Both the position numbers and the translations under genes were made by a program. 26,758 nucleotides of DNA from Clostridiales bacterium. GTDB lineage: Bacteria > Bacillota > Clostridia > Christensenellales > Aristaeellaceae. The DNA lies in the NCBI GenBank assembly GCA_015056395.1, contig SVGK01000010.1, forward strand, positions 1 to 26,758. Reading direction: 5' to 3'. This document shows, piece after piece, positions 1 to 10,339 of the stretch. Under the pieces are notes generated by a model, which was given only the letters and a program-made list of their open reading frames with translations, was not told where the DNA came from and did not search any database. Each line of letters begins with the position of its first letter. Position 1 is the first letter of the stretch.

Positions 1-426
1 GGCACCCTGATCCACAACATCGAGATCAAGGTCGGCCGCGGCGGCCAGATGGTCCGCTCCGCCGGCACCGCCGCCCAAGTCATGGCCAAGGAGAACGGCA
101 CCGCCCAGATCCGCCTGCCCTCCGGCGAGGTGCGCAAGGTTTCCCTGAACGCCCGCGCCACCATCGGCACCGTGGGCAATTCCGATCACTCCAACGTGCG
201 CGTCGGCAAGGCCGGCCGCAAGCGCCACATGGGCGTTCGCCCGCACGTTCGCGGCGTCGTCATGAACCCTGTGGACCATCCGCACGGCGGCGGCGAAGGC
301 CGTTCCCCGGTCGGCATGCCCGCTCCGATGTCTCCGTGGGGCAAGAAGACGCAGGGCGTCAAGACCCGCAAGCATCGCAAGTATTCCGACAAGCTGATCG
401 TCAACAGAGCTTCCAAGAAGAAGTAA
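1..426 (+). CDS. rplB: 50S ribosomal protein L2, C-terminal portion (5' end lies outside the window)
   Basis: Frame-1 translation from nt 1 reads [23 protein letters not shown]... and continues into ORF 49..426, which has the L2 C-terminal glycine/histidine-rich motif ([19 protein letters not shown]). It is followed by rpsS in the canonical S10-operon order. Confidence 0.93.
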   Translation, partial: GTLIHNIEIKVGRGGQMVRSAGTAAQVMAKENGTAQIRLPSGEVRKVSLNARATIGTVGNSDHSNVRVGKAGRKRHMGVRPHVRGVVMNPVDHPHGGGEGRSPVGMPAPMSPWGKKTQGVKTRKHRKYSDKLIVNRASKKK

Positions 427-445
427 GCCGAGAGGAGTAAAAGAT

Positions 446-724
446 ATGAGCAGATCCGTAAAGAAGGGGCCGTACATCCAGCCCGTGCTCCTCAAGCGCG
501 TTCAGGAAATGAACGCCAAGGGCGAGAAGAAGGTCCTGAAGACCTGGTCCCGTTCCTCTACCATTTTCCCGGATTTCATCGGGCACACGGTTGCCGTTCA
601 TGACGGCCGCAAGCACGTTCCGGTCTATGTGACCGAGGATATGGTCGGACACAAGTTCGGCGAGTTTGCCCCCACCCGTACCTTCAGGGGCCACGCCGGA
701 GAAAAGGCGTCGTCCCGCAAGTAA
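446..724 (+). CDS. rpsS: 30S ribosomal protein S19
   Basis: 92-aa product [11 protein letters not shown]...[27 protein letters not shown] is a typical S19. The RBS GAGAGGAG lies upstream. Position is between L2 and L22. Confidence 0.95.
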   Translation: MSRSVKKGPYIQPVLLKRVQEMNAKGEKKVLKTWSRSSTIFPDFIGHTVAVHDGRKHVPVYVTEDMVGHKFGEFAPTRTFRGHAGEKASSRK

Positions 725-742
725 CGGAAGGAGAGAGAAGAT

Positions 743-1126
743 ATGGCAACTCGTGTAAAGGAGAAGGCCGCCGCGCGCAAGGCGAACGCTGACAAGCGCC
801 CGCGCGCCACTGCCAAATACATCCGCATTTCGCCCAGCAAGGTCAAGATCGTTCTCGATCTGATCCGTGACAAGCAGGTGGATCAGGCCCGTGCGATCCT
901 CGCATACACCCCCAAGAGCGCATCCCCGGTGGTCGAGAAGCTTCTGAACTCCGCCATCGCGAACGCCGAGAACAACCTGGAGATGGACCGCGCAAGCCTC
1001 TTTGTCGCCGAAGCGTACGCCAACCAGGGCCCCACGCTCAAGCGCTATTGGGCGCGTTCCCACGGTCGCGCTGACATGATCAAGAAGAAGACCAGCCACA
1101 TCACGATCGTGCTCGACCAGAAGTGA
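743..1126 (+). CDS. rplV: 50S ribosomal protein L22
   Basis: 127-aa product with the L22 signature ([22 protein letters not shown]...). RBS GGAAGGAGAG lies upstream. Confidence 0.95.
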   Translation: MATRVKEKAAARKANADKRPRATAKYIRISPSKVKIVLDLIRDKQVDQARAILAYTPKSASPVVEKLLNSAIANAENNLEMDRASLFVAEAYANQGPTLKRYWARSHGRADMIKKKTSHITIVLDQK

Positions 1127-1140
1127 GGGAGGATTAAACA

Positions 1141-1914
1141 ATGGGTCAGAAAGTAAATCCCCATGGCGCTCGCGTCGGTGTCATCCTTGACTGGAGCACC
1201 AAGTGGTACGCCGGGAAGAAAGATTTTTCCAACAATCTCGTCGAGGACTATAACCTCCGCAAGATGCTGAAGGCCAAGCTGGACGCTGCGGGCATTTCCC
1301 ACATCGACATCTCCCGCACGGCCTCCAAGGTCACCGTCACCATCTACACCGCCAAGCCCGGCGTCATCATCGGCAAGGCGGGCGCGAACGTCGAGGCCCT
1401 GAAGAAGGAGATCGAAAAGTTCTGCGGCAAGTCCGTGAACCTGGACATCATCGAGATCAAGAACCCCGACACCGACGCCCAGCTGGTCGCCGAGAACATC
1501 GCCCAGCAGCTCGAAAAGCGCATCTCCTTCCGCCGTGCCATGAAGCAGACCATCGGCCGCGCGATGAAGGCCGGCGCGAAGGGCATCAAGACCACCGCGT
1601 CCGGACGCCTGGGCGGCGCCGACATCGCGCGTTCCGAGGGCTACCATGAGGGTTCCATCCCGCTGCAGACCCTGCGCGCGAACATCGACTACGGCTTTGC
1701 CGAGGCGAAGACCACCTACGGCCGCATCGGCATCAAGGTGTGGATCTACAAGGGACAGGTCCTGAGCAAGGACGGCAAGCTGATCGGCTCCACCGATTTG
1801 CCCGTGCCGCGCGAGAACCGCCGTCGCGGCGGCTTCGACGGCCGCAGGCGCAACGACCGCAATGACCGCGGCGAGCGCAATGACAGAAATCAGCGGAGCG
1901 AAGGAGGGAAATAA
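1141..1914 (+). CDS. rpsC: 30S ribosomal protein S3 with a ~35-aa low-complexity R/G/N/D-rich C-terminal tail
   Basis: [14 protein letters not shown]... has the KH-domain S3 core. The tail reads [39 protein letters not shown] lies upstream. Confidence 0.95.
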   Translation: MGQKVNPHGARVGVILDWSTKWYAGKKDFSNNLVEDYNLRKMLKAKLDAAGISHIDISRTASKVTVTIYTAKPGVIIGKAGANVEALKKEIEKFCGKSVNLDIIEIKNPDTDAQLVAENIAQQLEKRISFRRAMKQTIGRAMKAGAKGIKTTASGRLGGADIARSEGYHEGSIPLQTLRANIDYGFAEAKTTYGRIGIKVWIYKGQVLSKDGKLIGSTDLPVPRENRRRGGFDGRRRNDRNDRGERNDRNQRSEGGK

Positions 1915-1917
1915 GAC

Positions 1918-2349
1918 ATGCTGATGCCGAAGAGAGTCAAGCACCGCAAGCAGATGCGTGGCCGCATGAAGGGCAAGGCCCAGCGCGGCAATTTCCTCGC
2001 CTACGGTGAGTATGGTATCGTCGCCACACAGCCCGGTTGGATCACCTCCAACCAGATCGAGGCGGCCCGTCAGGCCATGACCCGTTCCACCAAGCGTGGC
2101 GGCCAGGTCTGGATCAAGATATTCCCCGACAAGCCCATCACCGCAAAGCCGGCCGAGACCCGAATGGGTTCCGGTAAGGGCGCGCCGGATTACTGGGTCG
2201 CAGTCGTGAAGCCCGGCCGCGTGCTGTTCGAGATCGGCGGCGTGTCCGAAGAGGTCGCGCGCGAAGCGCTGCGCCTGGCCGGCCACAAGCTGCCCATCAA
2301 GACGAAGTTCATCCAGAAAGAGATCGAAAAGGGTGGTGAAGAGCAGTGA
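1918..2349 (+). CDS. rplP: 50S ribosomal protein L16
   Basis: [25 protein letters not shown]... is the classic L16 N-terminus. The start lies 3 nt after the rpsC stop. Confidence 0.95.
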   Translation: MLMPKRVKHRKQMRGRMKGKAQRGNFLAYGEYGIVATQPGWITSNQIEAARQAMTRSTKRGGQVWIKIFPDKPITAKPAETRMGSGKGAPDYWVAVVKPGRVLFEIGGVSEEVAREALRLAGHKLPIKTKFIQKEIEKGGEEQ

Positions 2350-2552
2350 AGACCAATGATACCCTGAAGGCCCTGAGGGCCAAGACGCTGGCCGAGCTCG
2401 ACACCGACCTGAAGGCCAAGAAGAGCGAGCTGTTCAACCTGCGCTTCCAGCTGGCGACCGGTCAGCTCGAGAACACCGCAGCGATCAACGAGTGCCGCAA
2501 GGACATCGCCCGCGTCAAGACCGTGATGCGTGAGATGGGCCAGAAGGCGTAA
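2346..2552 (+). CDS. rpmC: 50S ribosomal protein L29
   Basis: 68-aa product ([27 protein letters not shown]) from a GTG start overlapping the rplP stop. Canonical position. Confidence 0.92.
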   Translation: MKTNDTLKALRAKTLAELDTDLKAKKSELFNLRFQLATGQLENTAAINECRKDIARVKTVMREMGQKA

Positions 2553-2564
2553 TGAAAGGAGGCA

Positions 2565-2831
2565 ATGAAAATGGCTGAAGTAAGAGGAATGCGTAAGACT
2601 CGTACCGGCGTCGTTGTTTCCGATAAGATGGACAAGACCATCGTCGTTGAGATCCGTACCCGCGTGAAGCATCCGCTCTACGGCAAGATCATGAATCGCA
2701 CCAAGCGCTTCAAGGCGCACGATGAGAACAACGAGTGCGGCATCGGCGATACCGTGAAGATCATGGAGACCCGTCCGCTTTCCAAGGACAAGCGCTGGCG
2801 TCTCGTGGGCATCATCGAAAAGGCGAAGTAA
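2565..2831 (+). CDS. rpsQ: 30S ribosomal protein S17
   Basis: [32 protein letters not shown] is typical S17. RBS AAAGGAGG lies at 2555-2562. The ATG at 2571 (MAEVRG...) has better RBS spacing than the one at 2565 and may be the true start. Confidence 0.92.
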   Translation: MKMAEVRGMRKTRTGVVVSDKMDKTIVVEIRTRVKHPLYGKIMNRTKRFKAHDENNECGIGDTVKIMETRPLSKDKRWRLVGIIEKAK

Positions 2832-2858
2832 GCCGTTAGGCAAGGAGGAAGATTAGCA

Positions 2859-3227
2859 ATGATTCAGCCTCAAACCCGATTGAAGGTCGCCGACAACTCC
2901 GGCGCAAAGGAAATCATGTGCTTCCGTGTGCTGGGCGGCTCTTTCCGCCGCACGGGCAGCGTGGGTGACGTCATCGTCGCGTCCGTCAAGTCCGCGACGC
3001 CCGGCGGCCAGGTCAAGAAGGGCGATGTGGTCAAGGCCGTGATCGTCCGCACCAAGAAGCAGTATCGCCGTCCGGATGGCACCTACATCCGCTTTGACGA
3101 CAATGCCGCCGTCATCATAAACGAGCAGAAGCAGCCCAGAGGCACCCGTATCTTTGGGCCCGTCGCCCGCGAGCTGCGCGAGAAGGATTACATGAAGATC
3201 GTCTCGCTGGCGCCGGAAGTGCTTTAA
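2859..3227 (+). CDS. rplN: 50S ribosomal protein L14
   Basis: [17 protein letters not shown]...[10 protein letters not shown] is a canonical L14. RBS AGGAGGAAG lies upstream. Confidence 0.95.
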   Translation: MIQPQTRLKVADNSGAKEIMCFRVLGGSFRRTGSVGDVIVASVKSATPGGQVKKGDVVKAVIVRTKKQYRRPDGTYIRFDDNAAVIINEQKQPRGTRIFGPVARELREKDYMKIVSLAPEVL

Positions 3228-3240
3228 TGGAGGTGCACAA

Positions 3241-3582
3241 ATGGCAGCGAAGGTTTTTGTAAAGAGCGGAGATACCGTGCAGGTCATCTCCGGTGACGAT
3301 AAGGGCGTCAAGGGCAAGGTCCAGAAGGTTTTCCCGGAGACCGGCCGCGTCATCGTCGAAAAGGTCAACATGGTGAAAAAGCACCAGAAGCCCCGCGGAC
3401 AGGGCATGCCCGGCGGCATCATCGAGCAGGAAGCGGCCATAGACGCCTCCAACGTCATGGTGGTCTGCCCCAAGTGCGGCAAGCCCTCCAGGATGGGTCA
3501 CAAGTATCTCGATGGCGAAGGCAAGGCCTCCCGTCGGAAGGTGCGCGTGTGCAAGGAATGCGGCGCCACCATCGACAACTGA
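3241..3582 (+). CDS. rplX: 50S ribosomal protein L24 (KOW) with a C-terminal Cys4 extension (CPKCG...CKECG)
   Basis: The N-terminal KOW region (VKSGDTVQVISGDDKGVKGKV) is L24-like. The C-terminal ~35 aa carry two CxxC pairs. RBS GGAGGTG lies upstream. Confidence 0.9.
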   Translation: MAAKVFVKSGDTVQVISGDDKGVKGKVQKVFPETGRVIVEKVNMVKKHQKPRGQGMPGGIIEQEAAIDASNVMVVCPKCGKPSRMGHKYLDGEGKASRRKVRVCKECGATIDN

Positions 3583-3603
3583 CGGTAAAGGAGGAAAACC
3601 GCT

Positions 3604-4143
3604 GTGGCAAGATTAAAGGATAAGTACCGCGCGGAAGTCGTACCGGCGCTCCAGCAGAAGTTCAACTATAAGAACGTGATGGAGATTCCGCGCCTTGAAA
3701 AGGTCGTCATAAACATGGGCCTTGGCGATTGCAAGGACAATGCCAAGGCGCTTGAGACCGCCGTTGGCGAGCTCACGATCATCGCCGGTCAGAAGCCGCT
3801 GGTCACCAAGGCCAAGAAGTCCATCGCGAACTTCAAGCTGCGCAGCGGCATGAACGTCGGCGCGAAGGTCACACTGCGCGGCGACCGCATGTATGAGTTC
3901 ACGGACAAGCTTGTCTCGATCGTTCTCCCCCGCGTGCGCGACTTCCGCGGCGTGTCCGACAAGGCCTTCGACGGCCGCGGCAACTACGCCCTGGGCGTGC
4001 GCGAGCAGCTGATCTTCCCTGAGATCGAGTACGACAAGGTTGAAAAGATCCGCGGCATGGAGATGGTCTTCGTCACCACTGCCAAGACGGACGAGGAAGC
4101 CAAGGAGCTGCTCCGCCTGCTGGGCATGCCGTTCCAGGCGTAA
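3604..4143 (+). CDS. rplE: 50S ribosomal protein L5
   Basis: [40 protein letters not shown] is a canonical L5. GTG start after RBS AAAGGAGG. Confidence 0.94.
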   Translation: MARLKDKYRAEVVPALQQKFNYKNVMEIPRLEKVVINMGLGDCKDNAKALETAVGELTIIAGQKPLVTKAKKSIANFKLRSGMNVGAKVTLRGDRMYEFTDKLVSIVLPRVRDFRGVSDKAFDGRGNYALGVREQLIFPEIEYDKVEKIRGMEMVFVTTAKTDEEAKELLRLLGMPFQA

Positions 4144-4164
4144 GCGTTAAGGAGGAAACATACC

Positions 4165-4350
4165 GTGGCAAAGACAAGCATGAAGGTCAAGCAGCAGCGG
4201 GCAGCAAAGTATTCCACCCGCGCTTACACCCGCTGCCGCATCTGCGGCCGTCCCCACTCGGTGCTGCGCAAGTATGGCGTGTGCCGTATCTGCTTCCGCG
4301 AACTGGCCTATGCCGGCCAGATCCCGGGTGTGCGCAAGGCCAGCTGGTAA
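4165..4350 (+). CDS. rpsN: 30S ribosomal protein S14 type Z (zinc-binding, 61 aa)
   Basis: [12 protein letters not shown]...[25 protein letters not shown] carries the C-x2-C...C-x2-C motif of short zinc-type S14 (rpsZ). GTG start after AAGGAGG. Confidence 0.94.
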   Translation: MAKTSMKVKQQRAAKYSTRAYTRCRICGRPHSVLRKYGVCRICFRELAYAGQIPGVRKASW

Positions 4351-4376
4351 GTCAGGCTGTATAAGGAGGATTAGCA

Positions 4377-4775
4377 ATGGTTATCAATGATCCCATCGCG
4401 GATATGCTCACCAGGATCCGCAACGGCCTGATCGCCAGACATGATTCCGTGACGATCCCCGCTTCCAACATGAAGAAGGGCATCGCCAAGATCCTGCTGG
4501 ACGAGGGCTATATCAAGGCATTCGATGTCATCGATGACGGCCTTCAGGGACAGATCAAGGTCTCCCTGAAGTATGCCCAGGGCAAGGAGTCCGTCATCAA
4601 GGGCTTAAAGCGCATCTCCAAGCCCGGACTGCGCGTGTACGCCAGGAATGATGAGATCCCCAAGGTCCTGGGCGGCCTGGGCATCGCCATCATCTCCACA
4701 TCCAAGGGCGTGATGACCGACCGCGAGGCCCGCAAGGCCGGCGTGGGCGGCGAAGTCCTGGCCTATATCTGGTAA
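4377..4775 (+). CDS. rpsH: 30S ribosomal protein S8
   Basis: [17 protein letters not shown]...GGEVLAYIW is a canonical S8. RBS AAGGAGG lies upstream. Confidence 0.95.
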   Translation: MVINDPIADMLTRIRNGLIARHDSVTIPASNMKKGIAKILLDEGYIKAFDVIDDGLQGQIKVSLKYAQGKESVIKGLKRISKPGLRVYARNDEIPKVLGGLGIAIISTSKGVMTDREARKAGVGGEVLAYIW

Positions 4776-4798
4776 GCAAGAGTTGGAGGTGCAATAGA

Positions 4799-5347
4799 AT
4801 GAGTCGAATCGGCAGACTTCCGGTCCAGGTTCCCGCCGGCGTGACCGTGACGATCGCGGATGACAACACCGTGACCGTCAAGGGCCCCAAGGGCGAGCTG
4901 AGCCAGAAGGTGAATAAGGATATCAAAGTCGAACAGGTCGGCGCAGAGGTCATCGTCTCCCGTCCGTCCGACAGCAAGCCTCACCGCTCGATGCATGGTT
5001 TGTATCGCGCTCTTATCAACAACATGGTCACGGGCGTCACGAAGGGCTTCGAAAAGGGCCTGGAGATCCAGGGCGTCGGCTGGCGTGTGACCGACTGGAA
5101 CAAGAACCAGCTGACCATCAACGTTGGTTATTCCCATCCCGTGGTGGTCGACGCCCCCGAAGGTATCACGTTCGACGTGGACAAGTCCAACGTGAAGCTC
5201 AAGGTCATGGGCATCGACAAGCAGCAGGTCGGCGCGGTCGCCGCGGATATCCGCGCGATCCGCAAGCCCGAGCCCTATCACGGCAAGGGCATCCGCTACG
5301 AAGGCGAATACGTCCGCCACAAGGAAGGCAAGGCCGGTAAGAAGTAA
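4799..5347 (+). CDS. rplF: 50S ribosomal protein L6
   Basis: MSRIGRLPVQVPAGVTVT...GKGIRYEGEYVRHKEGK is a canonical L6. Confidence 0.95.
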   Translation: MSRIGRLPVQVPAGVTVTIADDNTVTVKGPKGELSQKVNKDIKVEQVGAEVIVSRPSDSKPHRSMHGLYRALINNMVTGVTKGFEKGLEIQGVGWRVTDWNKNQLTINVGYSHPVVVDAPEGITFDVDKSNVKLKVMGIDKQQVGAVAADIRAIRKPEPYHGKGIRYEGEYVRHKEGKAGKK

Positions 5348-5365
5348 TAAGGGAGGGTACCGCAA

Positions 5366-5734
5366 ATGTTTAACAAGCGTGATCGCAACGAGGTTCGTAA
5401 GATCCGTCATGAGCGCGTACGCAAAAAGATCAGCGGAACGCCCGAACGTCCGCGCCTTTGCGTCTATCGCAGCAATCGTCACATCGAAGCACAGATCATC
5501 GACGACGTGGCCGGCCACACGCTGGCTGCCGCCTCTACGGTCGAGAAGGACATCGCCGCCAAGGTCGCCGAATGCGACAAGAAGGGCGCTGCCAAGATCG
5601 TGGGCCAGATCGTCGCGGAGCGTGCTGCCGCAGCGGGCATCAAGGAAGTCGTCTTTGACCGCGGCGGATACATCTACACCGGTCGCGTAGCCGAGCTTGC
5701 AGCCGGCGCTCGCGAGGGCGGTCTGAACTTCTAA
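5366..5734 (+). CDS. rplR: 50S ribosomal protein L18
   Basis: The [33 protein letters not shown]...[17 protein letters not shown] pattern is typical of L18. RBS AGGGAGGG lies upstream. Confidence 0.94.
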   Translation: MFNKRDRNEVRKIRHERVRKKISGTPERPRLCVYRSNRHIEAQIIDDVAGHTLAAASTVEKDIAAKVAECDKKGAAKIVGQIVAERAAAAGIKEVVFDRGGYIYTGRVAELAAGAREGGLNF

Positions 5735-5743
5735 GAGGAGGGT

Positions 5744-6250
5744 ATGAACGCAATGCAGCGCAATGAGCAAGTCAGCGAGTTCAAAGAGAAATTGGTCGCG
5801 GTAAACCGCGTATCCAAGACCGTCAAGGGCGGCCGCAACATGCGCTTCAGCGCACTGATGGTCGTCGGCGACGAAGCGGGCCGCGTCGGCTGCGGCATGG
5901 GCAAGGCTGTCGAGATCCCCGAGGCCATCCGCAAGGGGACCGAGGCCGCCAAGAAGGCCATGATCACCGTGCCGCTGAACGGCACCACGATCCCGCACGA
6001 GGTGGTCGGCGTGTTCGGCACCGGCCGCGTCAAGATGCTCCCCGCCCCCGAAGGTACCGGCGTGATCGCCGGCGGCCCGGTGCGCGCCGTGCTCGAAGCG
6101 GTCGGCATCAAGGACATCGTCACCAAGTCCATAGGCTCCAACAATAAGATCAACATGGTCAGAGCCACCCTCGCCGGTCTTGAGCAGCTCCGCAGCGCCG
6201 AGCAGGTCGCCAAACTGCGCGGCAAGACTGTCGAAGAGATACTCGGTTAA
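5744..6250 (+). CDS. rpsE: 30S ribosomal protein S5
   Basis: [39 protein letters not shown] is the S5 dsRBD/S5 domain. RBS AGGAGGG lies upstream. Confidence 0.95.
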   Translation: MNAMQRNEQVSEFKEKLVAVNRVSKTVKGGRNMRFSALMVVGDEAGRVGCGMGKAVEIPEAIRKGTEAAKKAMITVPLNGTTIPHEVVGVFGTGRVKMLPAPEGTGVIAGGPVRAVLEAVGIKDIVTKSIGSNNKINMVRATLAGLEQLRSAEQVAKLRGKTVEEILG

Positions 6251-6264
6251 GGGGGTAGACAGTT

Positions 6265-6447
6265 ATGAAGCTTAAGATAACGCAGACCAAGTCCACCATC
6301 GCGTGCCTGAAGGACCAGATCGCCACTGTCAAGGCGCTGGGCCTGCATCACGTCGGCCACACCGTCGTGAAGGAAGATTCCCCCGCCATCCGCGGCATGA
6401 TCTTCAAGGTCAAGCACATGGTCAAGGTCGAAGAGATCGCAGAGTAA
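6265..6447 (+). CDS. rpmD: 50S ribosomal protein L30
   Basis: 60-aa product [27 protein letters not shown] is typical L30, in the canonical position after rpsE. Confidence 0.92.
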   Translation: MKLKITQTKSTIACLKDQIATVKALGLHHVGHTVVKEDSPAIRGMIFKVKHMVKVEEIAE

Positions 6448-6460
6448 GGAGGCGGCCGAC

Positions 6461-6904
6461 ATGAAACTTCAAGATCTGAAACCCGCCGTTGGCGCGACCA
6501 CCGCGCCCAAGCGCCTTGGACGCGGCGTTGGCTCCGGCCTGGGCAAGACTTCCGGCAAGGGCCACAAGGGCGCCAAGGCCCGTTCGGGCGGCGGCAAGCG
6601 TCCCGGATTCGAGGGCGGCCAGATGCCTCTCACCATGCGCCTTCCCAAGCGCGGCTTTACCAATAAGTTCCGCATCGAGTATGCCACTGTCAACGTCTCC
6701 CGCCTGGACGAGGTGTTCGAGGACGGCGCCGTGGTCACTCCCGTGGAGCTGATCCAGACCGGCATCCTGAAGAACGTGCAGGATGGCGTCAAGATCCTTG
6801 GCGACGGCGAGATCACCAAGAAGCTGACGGTGCAGGCGAACAAGTTCTCTGCATCCGCAAAGGAAAAGATCGAAGCAGCAGGCGGGAAAGCTGAGGTGAT
6901 CTGA
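6461..6904 (+). CDS. rplO: 50S ribosomal protein L15
   Basis: [37 protein letters not shown]... is a canonical L15. RBS AAGGAGG lies upstream. Confidence 0.95.
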   Translation: MKLQDLKPAVGATTAPKRLGRGVGSGLGKTSGKGHKGAKARSGGGKRPGFEGGQMPLTMRLPKRGFTNKFRIEYATVNVSRLDEVFEDGAVVTPVELIQTGILKNVQDGVKILGDGEITKKLTVQANKFSASAKEKIEAAGGKAEVI

Positions 6905-6905
6905 G

Positions 6906-8189
6906 ATGCGAGAAACGTTGAAGAACGCATGGAAGATCCCGGAGGTCCGTAAAAAGATACTCTACACGCTCTTCATGCTGTTGATTTACCGTCTTCTGTG
7001 CTACGTGCCGTCCCCGGGCGTGCCCGCAAGCTTGCTTTCTCAGATCGAACAATTGATCAACCAGTATTCCCTTCTGGGCTACATGCAGTCCATGTCCGGC
7101 TCGCAGCTGAGCCAGTACACCGTCATGGCCATGGGCATCACGCCCTACATCAACGCAAGCATCATCATGCAGCTCCTCTGCGTCGCCATCCCCCAGCTGG
7201 AGGCGCTGCAGAAGGAGGGCGATGAGGGCCGCAAGAAGATCGCGCAGATCACCCGTTACGTGACGGTGGGCCTGGGCTTCCTGCAGGCCATCGCGCTGAC
7301 CGTGGGCGTGAGCAACATGGCGGGCACCCGCATGAGCTTCCTCTCGATGCTGACCATCGGCTTCTGCCTGGCCGCCGGTACCGCGCTGGCCATGTGGATA
7401 GGCGAGCGCATCACCGAAAACGGCATCGGCAACGGCATCTCGCTGTTGATATTCGCCGGCATCATCTCGAACATCGCCAGCAACCTGGTCGGATACGTCC
7501 GCGCCATCGCCACCGGCACGACCTACAACGGGTCCTCCGCCGTGGCCGGCCTGATCGTCTCCGTGGTGGTGTTCCTGATACTGATCGTGGGTATCGTGTT
7601 CGTGGATCTGGCCGAGCGCCGCATCCCGATACAGTACTCCAAGCGCATGGTCGGCCGCAAGATGTACGGCGGCCAGTCCACGCACATACCGCTCAAGCTG
7701 AACGCCTCCGGCGTGCTGCCGCTGATCTTCGCCAACGCGATCATGCAGTTCCCCAGCACGATACTGGCGTTCTTCCCGAATTCCTCCGCCAACCAGTGGT
7801 GGACCAACCATGTCAGCACGATGTCTGTGCCCTATCAGCTGATATTCGCTCTGCTGATATTCGGCTTCACGTTCTTCTACTCCTCCATCACGTTCGATCC
7901 GGTGGAGATCTCCAAGAACATACAGAACAACGGCGGCATGATCCCCGGCATCCGCCAGGGCAAGCCCACCTCTGACTACATCAAGAAGATCACCCGCCGC
8001 ATCACCACCTTCGGCGCCATCTATCTGGCGGTCCTGGCGGTGCTGCCCGCCATCATCTACGGCATCGGCGGCGTGTCCCTGCGCTTTGCGGCATCCTCCC
8101 TGCTGATCGCCGTCTCCGTCGCGATGGAGACCGTGCGCGAGCTGGAGAGCCAGATGCTCATGCGCCACTACAAGGGCTTCCTGAAGTAA
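6906..8189 (+). CDS. secY: Preprotein translocase subunit SecY
   Basis: 427-aa polytopic membrane protein with conserved SecY motifs (IFAGIISN, GGxxPGIRPG-like GGMIPGIRQGKPT). The start lies 2 nt after the rplO stop. Confidence 0.95.
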   Translation: MRETLKNAWKIPEVRKKILYTLFMLLIYRLLCYVPSPGVPASLLSQIEQLINQYSLLGYMQSMSGSQLSQYTVMAMGITPYINASIIMQLLCVAIPQLEALQKEGDEGRKKIAQITRYVTVGLGFLQAIALTVGVSNMAGTRMSFLSMLTIGFCLAAGTALAMWIGERITENGIGNGISLLIFAGIISNIASNLVGYVRAIATGTTYNGSSAVAGLIVSVVVFLILIVGIVFVDLAERRIPIQYSKRMVGRKMYGGQSTHIPLKLNASGVLPLIFANAIMQFPSTILAFFPNSSANQWWTNHVSTMSVPYQLIFALLIFGFTFFYSSITFDPVEISKNIQNNGGMIPGIRQGKPTSDYIKKITRRITTFGAIYLAVLAVLPAIIYGIGGVSLRFAASSLLIAVSVAMETVRELESQMLMRHYKGFLK

Positions 8190-8199
8190 GCCGGGAGGT

Positions 8200-8850
8200 A
8201 TGACTATGAAGCTGATTTTCCTGGGCCCTCCCGGTGCGGGCAAGGGAACGCAGGCCGCGGGCGTCAGCGCGCACCTGCGCGTGCCGCACATCTCTACCGG
8301 CGATATGTTCCGCTCTGCCATCTCCAACGGCACGCCGACGGGGCTTGAGGCAAAGCGCTACATGGACGCGGGCCAGCTGGTGCCCGACAGCGTCGTGATC
8401 GACATGGTGCGAGAGCGCCTGGCGATGGATGACTGCGCGAACGGCTATCTGCTGGACGGCTTCCCCCGCACGGTGGAGCAGGCCGAGGCGCTGGACGGCA
8501 TATCCGCCCCGGACGCCGTGGTCGAGATCAACGTGCCGGACGAAAGGCTGCTTGCGCGCCTGACGGGCCGCAGGGTCTGCCAGAAGTGCAGCGGCACCTA
8601 CCACATCTCAAAGCTTACGGATGAGAAGGTCTGCCCCGTGTGCGGCGGCGCGCTCATCCAGCGCGACGATGACAAGCCGGAGACGATCGCCAAGAGGCTG
8701 CAGGTCTACCACGACCAGACCTCCCCGCTGATCGGCTACTATCAGGCGCAGGACAAGCTCCGCGTCATCGACGTGGCCTCGCTGGCCACGGTGGATGGCG
8801 ACAGCCGCCCCGAGGATGTGTTCAAGGCCATCCTCGCTTCGCTGGAGTAA
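8200..8850 (+). CDS. adk: Adenylate kinase with a zinc-binding LID (C-x2-C...C-x2-C)
   Basis: P-loop GPPGAGKGTQ. LID cysteines CQKCSGTYH...CPVCGG. The ATG at 8206 (MKLIFLG) has better spacing from RBS GGGAGG (8193-8198) and may be the real start. Confidence 0.94.
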   Translation: MTMKLIFLGPPGAGKGTQAAGVSAHLRVPHISTGDMFRSAISNGTPTGLEAKRYMDAGQLVPDSVVIDMVRERLAMDDCANGYLLDGFPRTVEQAEALDGISAPDAVVEINVPDERLLARLTGRRVCQKCSGTYHISKLTDEKVCPVCGGALIQRDDDKPETIAKRLQVYHDQTSPLIGYYQAQDKLRVIDVASLATVDGDSRPEDVFKAILASLE

Positions 8851-8853
8851 TTC

Positions 8854-9627
8854 ATGATCAAGTTAAAGACAGAGGCACAGATCGAAAAGATGCGCGCAGC
8901 GGGAGTGCTGCTGCACAGCGTACTCACCGCCCTGCGCGCGGCGGCCAGGCCCGGCGTGACGACGCTCGAGCTGGACCGCATGGCCGAGGACATGATCCGA
9001 AGCGCCGGCGCGACGCCGTCGTTCAAGGGCTATGCCGGCTTTCCGTATTCGATCTGCGCATCCATCGACGACCAGGTCGTTCATGGCTTTTCGAACGACA
9101 GGCCCCTTTTGCAGGGACAGCTGCTGAGCATAGACTGCGGCTGCAAGCTGGACGGCTGGCAGTCCGACAGCGCGCTCTCCGTGGTGGTCGGCGGCGGCAA
9201 TGCGGAAGCGCAGCGTCTGATCGACATCACGGAACGCTGCTTCTGGCTGGGCGCTGACATGGCGCGCGAGGGCAACCGCTTAGGCGACATCGGGCACGCG
9301 GTGCAGACCTATGCCGAGAGCATGGGCTGCGGCGTGGTGCGCGACTATACCGGACACGGCATAGGGCGCGAGATGCACGAGGATCCCTCCGTGCCGAACT
9401 ACGGCTACGCCGGCCGCGGCCTCAAGCTTCAGAAGGGCATGACGATCGCCATAGAACCCATGATCACACTGGGCACGTGGAGGACGAAAAAGCTCTCCGA
9501 CGGCTGGACGGCCGTCACGGCCGACGGCTCACTGGCGGCGCACTACGAGCACACCGTGCTGGTGACCGACGGCGAGCCCGAGCTGCTGAGCTTCCCCGGC
9601 GCACGCATTTCGGAGGCGCTTCGATGA
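8854..9627 (+). CDS. map: Type I methionine aminopeptidase
   Basis: Pita-bread-fold metal-binding residues are in context (…HGFSNDRPL…IDCG…HGIGREMHEDP…IEPMI…EHTVLVT). It is in the canonical position after adk. Confidence 0.94.
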   Translation: MIKLKTEAQIEKMRAAGVLLHSVLTALRAAARPGVTTLELDRMAEDMIRSAGATPSFKGYAGFPYSICASIDDQVVHGFSNDRPLLQGQLLSIDCGCKLDGWQSDSALSVVVGGGNAEAQRLIDITERCFWLGADMAREGNRLGDIGHAVQTYAESMGCGVVRDYTGHGIGREMHEDPSVPNYGYAGRGLKLQKGMTIAIEPMITLGTWRTKKLSDGWTAVTADGSLAAHYEHTVLVTDGEPELLSFPGARISEALR

Positions 9628-9911
9628 AGATGTATCCGATAGAGCCGGGCAGCGTGGTCCGCTCCACGGCGGGGCGCGACCAGGGCAGGCTGTTCATCGT
9701 GGTGAGCCTGATCGACGAGGATTTTGCCTACGTCGCCAACGGAAAGCTCAGGACGATGGAACACCTGAAGAAGAAGCGCAGGAAGCATCTGAAGCCCACG
9801 GGGCATGTGGTCGGGGCGTTTGTCGAAAAACAGCGACAGGGAGAGCCTGTGCTGGATCATGAAATACGCGCGTGGTTGAAAGAGGAGGAAGAAAAGCTTG
9901 TCCAAGTCTGA
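9624..9911 (+). CDS. Small KOW-domain protein (YbzG-like), conserved between map and infA in Firmicutes
   Basis: The ATG at 9624 overlaps the map stop (ATGA). [29 protein letters not shown]... is KOW-like. The ORF-track frame 9477..9911 has a spurious N-terminal extension. Confidence 0.8.
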   Translation: MKMYPIEPGSVVRSTAGRDQGRLFIVVSLIDEDFAYVANGKLRTMEHLKKKRRKHLKPTGHVVGAFVEKQRQGEPVLDHEIRAWLKEEEEKLVQV

Positions 9912-10119
9912 TGTCATCGAAGTGGATGGCGTTGTCACGGAGTCGTATCCGAACGCCATGTTTGAAGTACAGCTGCCCAACGGGCACAAGGTATTGGCAC
10001 ACGTCTCCGGCAAGATGCGCATGAACTACATACGCATATACCCCGGCGACAAGGTGAAGATAGAGCTCTCGCCCTACGATCTGACCCGCGGCCGGATCAC
10101 CTGGCGTTCCAAGAGCTGA
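9898..10119 (+). CDS. infA: Translation initiation factor IF-1
   Basis: [41 protein letters not shown]...RITWR is a canonical S1-like IF-1. It has a TTG start codon overlapping the end of the preceding gene. Confidence 0.94.
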   Translation: MSKSDVIEVDGVVTESYPNAMFEVQLPNGHKVLAHVSGKMRMNYIRIYPGDKVKIELSPYDLTRGRITWRSKS

Positions 10120-10162
10120 GCGACGACGCAGGTCGATGAGTAAGTAAGGAGGCTTGTTACCG

Positions 10163-10276
10163 ATGAAAGTGAGACCTTCTGTGAAGCCCATGTGCGAGAA
10201 GTGCAAGATCATCAAGCGCAAGGGCCGCGTGATGGTGATCTGCGAGAACCCCAAGCACAAGCAGAAGCAGGGCTAA
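10163..10276 (+). CDS. rpmJ: 50S ribosomal protein L36 (zinc ribbon, 37 aa)
   Basis: Not in the ORF track (<60 aa). Translating 10163..10276 by eye gives [47 protein letters not shown] lies at 10146-10152. Confidence 0.93.
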   Translation: MKVRPSVKPMCEKCKIIKRKGRVMVICENPKHKQKQG

Positions 10277-10296
10277 GGGGACCGCGATAATACGGC

Positions 10297-10331
10297 AGCG
10301 CCGGACGAATGTCCGGCGCTCAAGTGTTTTT
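10297..10331 (+). terminator. Rho-independent terminator ending the ribosomal cluster
   Basis: Perfect 10-bp stem AGCGCCGGAC-gaat-GTCCGGCGCT at 10297-10320, followed by caagTGTTTTT. It sits between rpmJ and the convergent minus-strand gene. Confidence 0.8.
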
Positions 10332-10339
10332 GGGCCGGC

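Noticed and set aside
1045-2286. Long antisense ORFs across the ribosomal cluster (1045..2286 -, 4763..5998 -, 6813..8333 -, 2190..2843 -, others)
   Set aside because: They lie opposite unmistakable ribosomal protein, secY and adk genes. Long stop-free antisense frames are expected at >65% GC. Their products are Ala/Arg/Gly/Leu-rich low-complexity with no motifs.
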